A stretch of 64,000 nt of DNA. Origin: Antedon mediterranea (taxonomy: Eukaryota > Animalia > Echinodermata). Each line of letters begins with the position of its first letter. Within the stretch, counting starts at the first letter, position 1. The translations under genes were made by a program, and so were the position numbers. The DNA lies in contig NC_092670.1 in the NCBI RefSeq assembly GCF_964355755.1, forward strand, positions 38,552,388 through 38,616,387, given 5' to 3'. Under the pieces are notes generated by a model. It had not been told where the DNA came from and ran no database searches. It was given only the letters and a program-made list of their open reading frames with translations. Below, piece by piece: positions 44,647 to 56,600 of this stretch.

Positions 44647-47600
44647 GTAAGTACATCATCTAAACAATTTCCCCGTAACTTCCTTCATATATGTTTTATT
44701 TGTACAAAACACTCAGATATATACATATTTAACTTAGAAGACTCAGCAAAATAACTATCCGATGACTAAAGCCATACTACACAATGTTCTATAAGACGTG
44801 TGAGTAGCATAGAGTACTTCATTTGCGTAACATAACAGGTGGCGAAACACCATTAACTAACTAAAAATGTATTGTATTTTATTTCAGCCGTTGCAGCAAC
44901 AGGCACATGTTCAACGTGGGGTCAATCGCATTACAATACGTTCGACGGGCAAATATACACGTTTCCCGGTTACTGCGAATACATCCTAGTTTCCGATTGT
45001 CTGGACTTCTCTTTCCACATTTACGTGCGTAATGAAGCAGCCGGCGTATGCACAGGTAGCGCGCCGTGTAGACGGTGGGTGACAATCGAAAACGGCGCTC
45101 CATCTAGCCTACTTGAGCTATCACCCAGGGATGGTGGTTCGCTGGTTACCTACAAAGGGATAGAACTAACTTTACCAGCATCAATTGATGGAATGATAGT
45201 AGAAGAAATAGCCTCGTATATTGTGGTTAGAAGCGGTCTTGGATTTAATCTTGTTTGGGATGGAGCCGAGTACATCGATGTCCACGTTACGTCCTCAAGT
45301 TTGAAAGATAACACGTGCGGTCTTTGTGGTATATACAATGACGATCCAACGGACGATTTCTCAACTCCATTGGGTGTGGTAAAAGACGACCCGTACGACT
45401 TTGGACAGTCTTGGCAAAACACGGAACCAGGTAATCATTAATTATTAATCATTTTCCATCATATAGACTAACTAAATAATAGTATCTCATTATACATTCT
45501 GTTTAATATTACTAATTATGTTTAAACAAACATTAATCTATAACAATTCGGTTGAACGACGTGGCATCACAGACTAATATAATATTTATCCAGATAATAA
45601 GTTGGGTTCATTAGCCAAACCAGTTCATCATTTATCCGGGTATAGACTAAGCCTAAATAGGTCATATAAGCAATCACTGCGCATGCTTGCACACCGCTTA
45701 TGTGTTATGTCCCATTCTGAATGTGTATCAGAACGCGCGCAGAGTGTCATATCAAGCATGGGGCGCACGCTGCGTCCAATGATTGTTTGGTAGTCTTTTA
45801 ATGCCACAGTTGATAATCAACATGATCTAAAATTAAATTATAGACGTATTACTTGCACACTAGATTCATTATGCACAAAAAAGAAACTTTGTTATTAAAC
45901 CATTAGTTACAAAAAGCAACTCATCACCAAACCGAAATGGTGTGTAAATCAAAACAAAAATACAATTTTTTACAAATTATATTTGAAGACGTTCTTGTAC
46001 GTTGATAGTGACTATAGCAATTGTTGGTTTTATAACAAAGATTCTCTAAACTAACTTTTAGAATAGTATAAAAACATTAGAATTATATCGCTTTAAAAAT
46101 AGATTGCTTCACCGACACAACCGACACAACATACCGATATCGTTATAACCTTCCCGAGATTCAAAGTGACGTCACTTTACTGGAGTTTGAAGTGCGCGCG
46201 TACAGTGACGTATACATCTCACTTTCGTCTGCAAAAAGTGATGTTGATCCTATGTATGAGATTGTGATTGGTGGAACCAACGACACCCGCTCTGAGATCA
46301 AACGCTGTAAACAATGTCCGACGTTGGCAACATCTGTTAGATCGAATGGATTTGTCAACATGCAAACTTTTACGAAATTCTGGATAAAACTTGAGAACGG
46401 ACGAATATCCGTTGGAGATGAAAAAAGCACATATCCATTTATGTTTTGGACCGATGCTAATCCGTTAAGTATTCGATATCTTGGATACAGTACGGGTACA
46501 AACAGTATTGGAATATTTAGATTCTGTGGGTTTTCTAGTAAGTATTATGCTTTAATGGAACAGCTTAAACAATTTCTAAAGCAGTATTTGGTGTGTTTAA
46601 ATGTTGCTCCTAAACAAATCATTACAATTTGTATAAATGTTCTACAATATACCTTTGACTACCATAGAAATACCATCAAATTCATGTCATAGAGCTCTAG
46701 TCAAAAGTTCATCATTAATCTATTTCAATGTCATAAAAATGTTACACTGGAAATAGAGTTTACAAAAGTTCGTTCGTTTTTAGGTGCCTGTACCGTTGCA
46801 CCGCCACCGCCTGCAGCCAGATGCACTGAGGCCCAGTTCCCGTCATATTTTTACACCAATCCGGCCTATAAACACTTGATCGATACGGCTAACTTTGCGC
46901 GGGAGACTTGCAACCAGTTAATGAGTGCGCCATTTAACTCCTGCCACTCGGTAAGATTCCCTTTTATATTTTTTCTTTCTGCTTAATCACCGAAATTCTC
47001 TAAAGCAAGTTATGTAGGTAAAGTTCAAAAGACAACTTGGATAAATGCTGATTCTTTACCTCTTTTCAATCATATTCTACAGGTTGTTGATGTTAACCCT
47101 TACGTATACGCTTGTGAAGAAGATCTTTGCTCGTGTAGCCCTAACAGAGACGACTGTCCGTGTGGTCCATTTGAAGCATATGCTCTGGAATGTTCCAGAA
47201 ATGGCGTAGTATTATCGTGGAGAAGTGACGACCTTTGTCGTAAGTAGCCTACACCCCATTCCTTTTTGTACCAACAAATTGAGAATAGGTTTCATTTCTA
47301 GTTAAAGGATTAATATTCAACAAAATGTTTGTAAATGTATGCTGTTCTGCTGTGTTGATCTAGAAAAAGGAAAGCATGTGAACATCGATAAGGGGCTCTG
47401 GTTTTAGTATGTCGTATTTGTATGTTCAAAATGTAATTGTATGTATTTTTAATGCTCTGTTGTATATATTGATGTAAATCTTCTCCTCTAGCTCTCGTTT
47501 GTACAAACGGAACAGTGTATGACTCATGTGGTGGTTCTTGTCCGGCTACTTGTGAAAATCGTCAAAGAACATGTTCCAAAGATTACTGTTTGGATGGATG

Positions 47601-50600
47601 TCACTGTCCAGAAGGCCAGCTGCTCGAGAATGGTCAGTGCATCGATTCAAGTGGATGTCCATGTGAATATAACAATAAGGAATATCCATCCGGCCATGTT
47701 CTACGTCAAGGATGCAACTCTTGGTATGTGACAAAATATTTGTGACGTCACTTTAACAAAAGTTTTCCAAACATGACTTGACCTTTGGAAATACATTTCA
47801 CAATGCTATATAGCTTTTCGCAACCGTACTTGACCACGATTCGAGATCCTTATTTTTCATGAGGCGCCACTTCACTACGCAGCTGCTGCGCATGCTCAGA
47901 AATATATGTGGCTCCTTGTGTAATTAGGAAAGCCGTAAACATATGAAAATTTGTTTCTTTGCACAATAACGTCAACAATGTTTAAGTTATCGTAATAAAA
48001 ATATACTCACAAACAGGGCGGCCATGACAATTGATTGTCAAAATATTGCTCAAGTCATCACAATTACAATCTCGAGTTATCTGTATCTTCAATACGTCGA
48101 AATACTAAATAGTACGCCCTCTGTCTGTACTGTACTAAGTTTTTCACTCAATTTCTGAGCATTCAATGTTTTTGGAAAAAAGTAAGCTTATAGTTGTTTT
48201 ACTTTACTATATTTCAGTACTTGTAAAGGTGGTTTGTGGACTGACTGCACGAATAACATATGTGGAGGTAAGTTTTTTTTTGGAGATGGAGATGGATGGA
48301 TATATAGCATAGGCATCACATCTTTTAAATATGCCTATGCAGCCTGTTCTATTTGAGAAAAAAGGCTAACCAGTCAAGTCTTTTATCTATATTATTATTA
48401 TAATCTCTTATCAATTTACAGCAAAATGCTGGGCTTCTGGAGACCCTCATTACCGTACGTTTGACAATAAGCGCTATGACTTCCAAGGGGCCTGTTCTTA
48501 CGTCATGGTACAGGACTGCTGGGATTACTCTAATGATTATGCCATCCACACTGAAAACGTACCATGTAGAGGCCCTGGAATCACCTGTACTAAATCGATA
48601 ACCATCAAGATGGGAGGTTCTGAAGTTGTTCTTAAGCAAGATTTTGCTTGGACATTTGACGGGAAGCCAGGTGATAGCCTACCGTTTGGCAACCACCATT
48701 TGTACGTAGAGATGCCTTCAGAGGAAATGATCAAGGTATCGTAAAATCATACATATAGACATAGTCCTCTATCTAACTGAAAGTTGAAGTAAAGGTATTA
48801 AAAGCATTTAAAATTAATCTATAAATAGAATGTAGAATTCGTGAAAAACAGAAAAGTTATACTGTAAAAGTACTGATACAGTAAGAGCTGAACCGCTCAC
48901 AAGACCGCTCACAAGTCTAAAGCTCCGTCTACACTATCAAACTTTATGTGACAAAAAATGTGATGTGCCCAAATGTGGTAGTAATATGCTTAAAATGGTA
49001 GTGATATGACATCATCATGTCCATATATTTGCACATTTAGTTTGATAGTGTAGACAGAGTTTTAGTATTTTGTTCCGTTCATTTTTCTTTTTAAAAGTAA
49101 AATGGATATCTTCAAACATGTTCATTTCATACTATAGGTAACGTTGGAAAACAACATCGAAGTATTTTGGGATGGCATGAAACGTGTTGAGGTATCTGTA
49201 CCTGCTGAACAGTACAACAAGACGTGTGGGTTATGTGGAACGTACACCAACAAACAGAACGATGATTTCTACACACGAGCTGGTGAGATAAATCATTTAT
49301 TTTAAGTCCTACATAATAGAAATACTTAGTAATAATATAGATTATTGTAAAGTCTACACTATTAAACTAGTTTGAAAACAAAAAATTATGTTCCCAAATA
49401 TGGTAGTAGTGGTATGCCCAGATATGGTAGTAATATGACAACGTCATGTTCATATATGGTCACTCATCATTTTTTGTTGTCACATAAATTTTGATAGTGT
49501 AGAACAGAACTTAATGTTGTTTTATTCTATTTCCAGGTGATATTGAGACGAATCCAATCTCATTTGGAAACAAGTGGAAAGTGTATGGGACATGTCCAGA
49601 CCTGCCCATAACTCCTCCAGTTCATCCATGTGATCTGTTTTCTCAGAGGGCGCCAGCAGCCACACTACAATGTCAAAAATTAAAGAAAGATGACGCTTTT
49701 AAAGGTACCTAAAAAATATTTATTCAAAGAAAGTTACCATTCCAATTTCTCTAAGCACACTTTCAATTTGGTCTTTAAAAATATTTAAATTAGGTTTTAA
49801 TTGATTTTTCTTGTTCAGGCCCATCAATTCCCCATCACCTATGAAGTCTCACTGCCACCTTAATTAATATTCGTAAATAATCAATTGTACAATTACATCC
49901 TATATTTTTTAGTATACTGTATATTTGCTAGTAAATAATGAAGAAGATTGTGAGATTGTATATGCGCGCCTACGTGTGAAATTAAAAGAAAAGTTTCAAG
50001 ATCTAGATACTATAATGACAATTAGCTGATCTTTTTATTGTCTTTGTTTGGTTAAACATTATAAAATGTAACTTATTATGTTTGCTATTGTCTGCTCAGC
50101 GTGTCATGATGTCATTGACCCGGCGCCATATTACGATAACTGTTTGTATGACGTATGCAATCAATTCCCCATCACCTATGAAGTCCCACTGCCGTCGAAT
50201 TAGTATTCATAAATAATCAATTGTACAGTTACATCCTAATTTTAGTATACCGTATATTTGCTAGTAAATAATGAAGAAGATTGTGAGATTGTTTGTATAT
50301 GCGCGCCTACGTGTGATATTAAACGACAGGTTCCCGGATCTAGATACTATAATTACAATTGATTTTTATTTTTGACCCATCAATTAATATTCGTAAATAT
50401 TCAATTGTACTGTAAATTTGCTAGTAAATAATGAAGAAGATTGTGAGATTGTATATGCGCGTCTACGTGTGATATTCAAAGAAAAGTTTCAGGATCTAGA
50501 TACTATAATGACAATTAGCCGATATTTGTATTGTCTTTGTTTGGTTAAACATTATAAATGTAACTTATTATGTTTGCTATTGTCTGCTCACAGCGTGTCA

Positions 50601-53600
50601 TGATGTCGTTGACCCGGCGCCATATTACGATAACTGTTTGTATGACCATATGACGTATGCAATCAATTCCCCATCACCTATGAAGTCCCGCTGCCGTCGA
50701 ATTAGTATTCATAAATAAACAATTGTACAGTTACATCCTATTTTTAGTATACCGTATATTTGCTAGTAAATAATGAAGAAGATTGTGAGATTGTATATGC
50801 GCGTCTACGTGTGATATTCAAAGAAAAGTTTCAGGATCTAGATACTATAATGACAATTAGCCGATATTTTTATTGTCTTTGTTTGGTTAAACATTATAAA
50901 TGTAACTTATTATGTTTGCTATTTGTCTGCTCACAGCGTGTCATGATGTCGTTGACCCGGCTCCATATTACGATAACTGTTTGTATGACGTATGCAATTG
51001 TAAACCAGGAGGATTATGTGAATGTGACGTGTTTGCGCAGTACTCTCTTGACTGCGCACACAAAGGTGTCGTCTTAAACTGGAGAGATCAAATAGACGAA
51101 TGCAGTAAGAAATAATAATTATCGTCTTTTATTTCTATTTCTACCTACCTTTGAATATTTTAGTTACGATGCTCTGAAAATGAAAATGAAATAGAAAATT
51201 AAGCGAACCACCTGAATAAATGTAGAAGAAGTAACTAAAAAAAGTGTGATGTGCCCAAATATGGTAGTGATAGGACATCACTATATGTGACATGTCCATA
51301 TATGGGCATATCACATTTGTTTGTCACATAAAGTTTGATAAGTCTTGTGCAAACAAGACTTAATAGTTAGTAATATTTTTTTGGCCTCTGTTGAAAACTT
51401 ACTTAAAAAGTTCTTTGCTTAAAATCAATAATTTCCCACAATTTCTTTGAAACCAATAGAAATTGAGTGTTCGAATGAAGAGTTGGTTTACCGAGAGTGT
51501 GGACCTTCTTGCTATTCATCCTGTGCTTCATTAGAAAGTACTTTCAACTGCACCGAACAATGCGTACAGGGCTGCTCCTGTCCTGACGGAATGGTTCTTG
51601 ACAGAAATAGGAAATGCGTCACTCCAGAGTTGTGCAGCTGTGAGATGGATGGATCCGTGTATAAAACTGGTGATGTTGTCAAGAAAGGATGTGGAGAATG
51701 GTAATTTTAATCTTAATTTACATACATAGACTATTTAAATAATTACTGTATATTTCATTTACAAGGCCAAATCCAGACAATTAGCGAAACGTTTTATTTG
51801 GTATTTTTGTCAAATAAGTTGAGCAATGTCATTATGATTATTATTTTACATTTTGACAATAAAGTGATATGTAATATACTGCGCCTTATCAAACAATTGC
51901 CATGCGTATTACAGATATTAAAACTAAATGAGAAAAGTGTGATGTTAGGAGTATGTTTTAACCTAATGATATTTGATACCTCACGATGACGCTGTGGAAA
52001 CATGTTTCACATACGGGGCCAGCAACATGGAAGGACTGATCCCCGTGGCGACGATTTGTTGGAGGAAGACAGAGTCGGAGTTGGCGTTTGATTGCCCAAG
52101 AAATGAAACGCATGTGCTAATATGGTTGTTTCAATTCTTGGAGTTTAAATACTGCGAAATCATTAAATCTTTAGGACGTTTGGTCAATAGAAGGCAAAAT
52201 GTCAGGAATGTATATTGCACAAAACGTAAACGCAGTAGCGTACCTAGCGTACTACTTTGCCAGTATAAATTCATTTTGTTCCAACAATGTTTTTTTTTTA
52301 CGTTTTTGTTGAACAAAAGTAACACAATTGTTTAAAATACAGTACTTTTAAGAAGAAGGTATTCGACGAAACGTTTGGTTCAACACAAAAGTAAAAAAAT
52401 AACATTTCTATTTTGTAATTAGTTATATCTTTGGTTTTATTTCAATAAAAGAAGATTAGTGACACTGACAAAGTTCCAAATAATAATTTGATTTCAGCAC
52501 TTGTTTTGGAGGTTCGTTCGTGTGCTCAGACACACAATGCCCTCTTTCTTGTGGCGTCAACGAAGAAACAACTAAATGTGTGCCCGAGTGTGTCAAAACA
52601 TGCGGCAACATGCACGAATTTGAAGACTGTTCATCGGCTCAGTGTCTTGAGGGTTGTAAATGTAAGGATGGCTACGTCTGGGATGGCTTCATGTGTATTC
52701 TACCCAGCCAATGTCCATGTCATCATGCAGGGAAAAGCCACATGCCTAATGACGTCATCAAGATTGAATGTAACAAATTGTAAGTATTATATCAAATCTT
52801 CATATTCACTTAGAAACTGTTTGTCTAAACTTATACGATCATATTCAAATAGTAATTAAACTCTCACATCTTTATTTTAAACGTAACAATTTTTTGCCTG
52901 TTGTTTTCGTCTTGTTGTTGTTGCTGTGTTTAAAAAAATCATATTATTCATATTGTATCTTTTAAGACATCCTTTTATTGGCTTTTGGCTGTTAGATGTG
53001 AACGTGAATTAAAATTTTACAAACATTTTTATTAAAATTGAAACTAATATGAATGAATAAAATGCTGGTTTAGTTTAGAATGTCATGAGGAATTTTTCAG
53101 AATGGTCGAAATCAAACCGGTACTGGGTTTGGTCTACTAGCGTTCCTGCTCCCAAAATATTGTTAGAGATGCGTATGCATATCTAATTCACTCTGTGAGG
53201 TTGTGAGATTATCTCTATGAGGTTGTGAGATTTTCTCTGTGTCTAAATTACGTTGTTATTCGCGCGTTCAGGTTTTGTGTAGTTAGCTTATGTAGGCGTT
53301 TGTAAGTGTTTGTTGAAAGACACAACTATGTGTTTTATCAGTCGATTTATGTGTTGATTGTAAGGAGATAAGTCGATTCAATGGTCATTAAGCACCATTC
53401 TAATCTATCAAGAACCCCCAATATTATCAAGGCCATATCAATAACAACGGTTCAATATGTTTAGCTCAACCTAAATAATATTTTAATTCACAATAAAGTT
53501 ATTCAATTAAATGTAAACTGATGTGAAAATATCTATAGTGTAGACACAATATCTAAGTTCTGGCAGTTTCATTTTCTGGAATATCTTTGATCTTTCTCTA

Positions 53601-56600
53601 GAATACAGTTTTATCAATTTAAAACAAAATCGTTAATGAAATTAAATTAGTTGTATACTCCTCTGCTGACTAGATTTGCCCCAAGTTTGTAGTTTAAAAG
53701 CTCAGGTAGTATACGTATGAAACGCCATTTGTGCCAAAAAATTTATCTTTTTACTAATATTAAGTCAAAACTCCGTCTGGAACCCAGACTAACTGCTGAC
53801 CTACGATTTGATTTTTTTGTACCGATCGCATTAAAATGCTGATGAAAAAGGTATATATATTTTGATAGATTTTATACTTATAAATTATTTGACCGGGTGT
53901 ACTTAAATATGTTTTCACCATTATCTTACAATGTAAACAGTTATCTAATAGAATATAGTGTGAATATACTCATTGCGATTAGGTTATGTAGATTAGGCAT
54001 ATTGTAGGACATTAACATTTGTTAGTGACACAAAACTTGCCACGCTCTTACTTCGTGATTTTCTGACGTCATTATTACCTCATTTGGAGATTTCGTAGTG
54101 TGCAACACTTGTTTTTCTCTGTCCATGAACATTGATCCGCATTTTATAAAATTTGTTTTCCTGGAGGAACCTGTCTTAAAGCTCTTTGAGCTTGAACAAA
54201 GAGCATCAATATCTTTAAAAATATCTTTGTTGCTTTTTTTATTGCCACTGTAATTGTAACCCTTCTTCTTTATAGACAATGTAATGGAACATCCTGGCTT
54301 CCTCTAACCGACCATGACTGTCCAGGTAAATACATGATTTAGAAATGTCTTCGTATTCAACGAAATATTTACAGTAACTTCATACATCCAAAATCAACAG
54401 AAAATACAGGTAGAGCAATATACAAATGCTCTTTGCTGTAATGCCAATGCGCGATGAGAAATATCATGATGGTGGTATTCCCAGACGTTTTGTGGTGAGA
54501 AATCGGATACAGTAGTACGCAACGTGACGTGTAGAGACAACTTTAGAAAGATGACTATTAATCCTACGTTCACACCTCGTCCAGATAGATCCATTCAAAT
54601 GGCCGTACAATGCAGGATAACACTACGTTTAGCTTGGTTCACACTAGGGACGCAACGCAAGGACGTAACGCAACGGAAGTGATCAATCAATCAAACAATG
54701 GATTATTCAAACATTGCGTTGCGTCTACGTCTAGTGGGAACCAAGCTTTGTGTGCAGATATATGTGCAGATGATGTGAACGTTTTTACCATATGTTGTTT
54801 TATTTACAGTTACCTGTGTCGCCTGGGGAGACCCACACTATGAAACATTCGATGGTAAGAAGTACGGTTTCCAAGGAGCTTGTGAATACATATTGGTGAC
54901 CAATTACCTGTACACACACTCCAACTCTGACTTTCAAATCACCGCAGCCAATGAGCCGTGTGGAACGTCAAAAGCCACATGCACAAAAGTGGTCACTCTC
55001 ACTGTTGGTAAGTTTTCATTTAATTTATAACCTGATTGTTGAGACCTCGTCAAAAAGTTTGTGTCCATTTAACCTCTGTTCACTTCAATTCACCTCTTGC
55101 GTATTTCATTTAGATAAGAAAATGTTAAAGATGTATTGTCCCCCTGAAATAATAATTATTAAAAAAAATTTTGAATATGCCATTTTAATGTCACCTAATA
55201 GTTATCCACTTTGACCAAAAATTGGATCGAAAAAAATTGTATTTACCTGAAAAATGTAATTTTAAGCAAAGCAAACAGCCAATGGGTTTTTGGATGAATT
55301 TAACCATTTATTTTGTCATTTTATAAGTGAAAACATTAAGTTCTCCCTGTTTTTTTTTCTACGGAAGTTTATTAAAACTCCAAAATAATAATTGTATTTA
55401 TAGTCTGATTTAATAATCTTTATTTTTCATATTTTTGGGGGACAATACATCTTTAAGTGACTCCGTTATGTTTGTACAGTATGCCAATATAAATGATATA
55501 TTAACATACACTTGTGTTTTTATTGAAGGATCGGGTCGGAATAAACAGACGATAGTGCTAGATCGATATTCAGAAGTTCCCGCCTCAAGTAAAACGTTCG
55601 ACGTCACCGAAGTAGGCTTATCTGTTTTTGTTCATACCGACATTGGTGTGACGTTGGTATGGGATAAAAAAACAAGAGTTGACATCAAAGTCGAACCTTT
55701 TCATAAAAACACGGTAAGATCATTACTGATTTCGCACATTATTTTTTATATAATCGAAAAATTGTGCTGTAAACATCGCCATGTTGAGAATGAAGTGGAG
55801 TTTGTGACTTGGTGGTTATGATGCTTTACTACCAATTCAAGGGTCCTGGGTTCCAGTCCTGTCATGTCAGGATTTTGTCTAATGACAAATTACAACTCCA
55901 CTCCTAAAGACTTGTAATTAGACTGTGTTTATGTAAAGCATCTTGTGTATTTGTTTGTCTTTTGAACGGGATTGCCACCTTTACGAAGGATAGTGAATGA
56001 ATTCGCTTATGTTTTTCCTTGGCACTTTGCCTAAACATATAAAAAATAAATAAAATAAATGACATTATATCCTTATAAAATGATGTGACGAAATATATAG
56101 ATTACATATATCTTACTTGTAGCTTGGCGGATTATGTGGAACATACAATGGCAACCAAGAGGATGACTTTACAAAATCCAATGGTGGTTTCCCCGTGGTG
56201 TCTGCAAAGGAGTTTGCAAACAGCTGGAAGGTTAGTTATCATGAGTGTATTTGTTTTATTGTTCTATTACTAGCCTAGACTTGGGCATATAGGCCTACTA
56301 GTACTACCTTATATCGTGCTTTGGTTAACTTATGAAACATTGGTTTTATTTTTAGACGATTCTATTTACAAAAGCTAGGATACTATTACTATTACTAAAC
56401 TGTTGGGATCATATAGCAACGTTTGTTCTCAATATGAAATTGTTTACGAGCATTACGTTGAGGTTGATTGTTTTACATGTTGTATCCACCAATGTATTTA
56501 CAGTTTTCATTTAAACCATGGTTAATGTAATGCAACTACTTCCACTTGTGCGCTTTGCTATCCTGACACAAGATAATTGCTAGCTTGCTATTGAATAGTG

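Noticed and set aside
50418-51077. Duplicated ORFs MLVNNEEDCEIVYARL...
   Set aside because: Intronic tandem duplication; not coding except for the true exon 50937-51104
51973-52335. 120-aa ORF in a slightly GC-richer intronic patch
   Set aside because: No recognisable domain, and exons 14 and 15 join in phase without it; possibly an old insertion
55795-55870. tRNA gene
   Set aside because: A/B boxes are degenerate, no full cloverleaf is evident, and it continues into a repeated body with an A-rich tail, so it is a SINE
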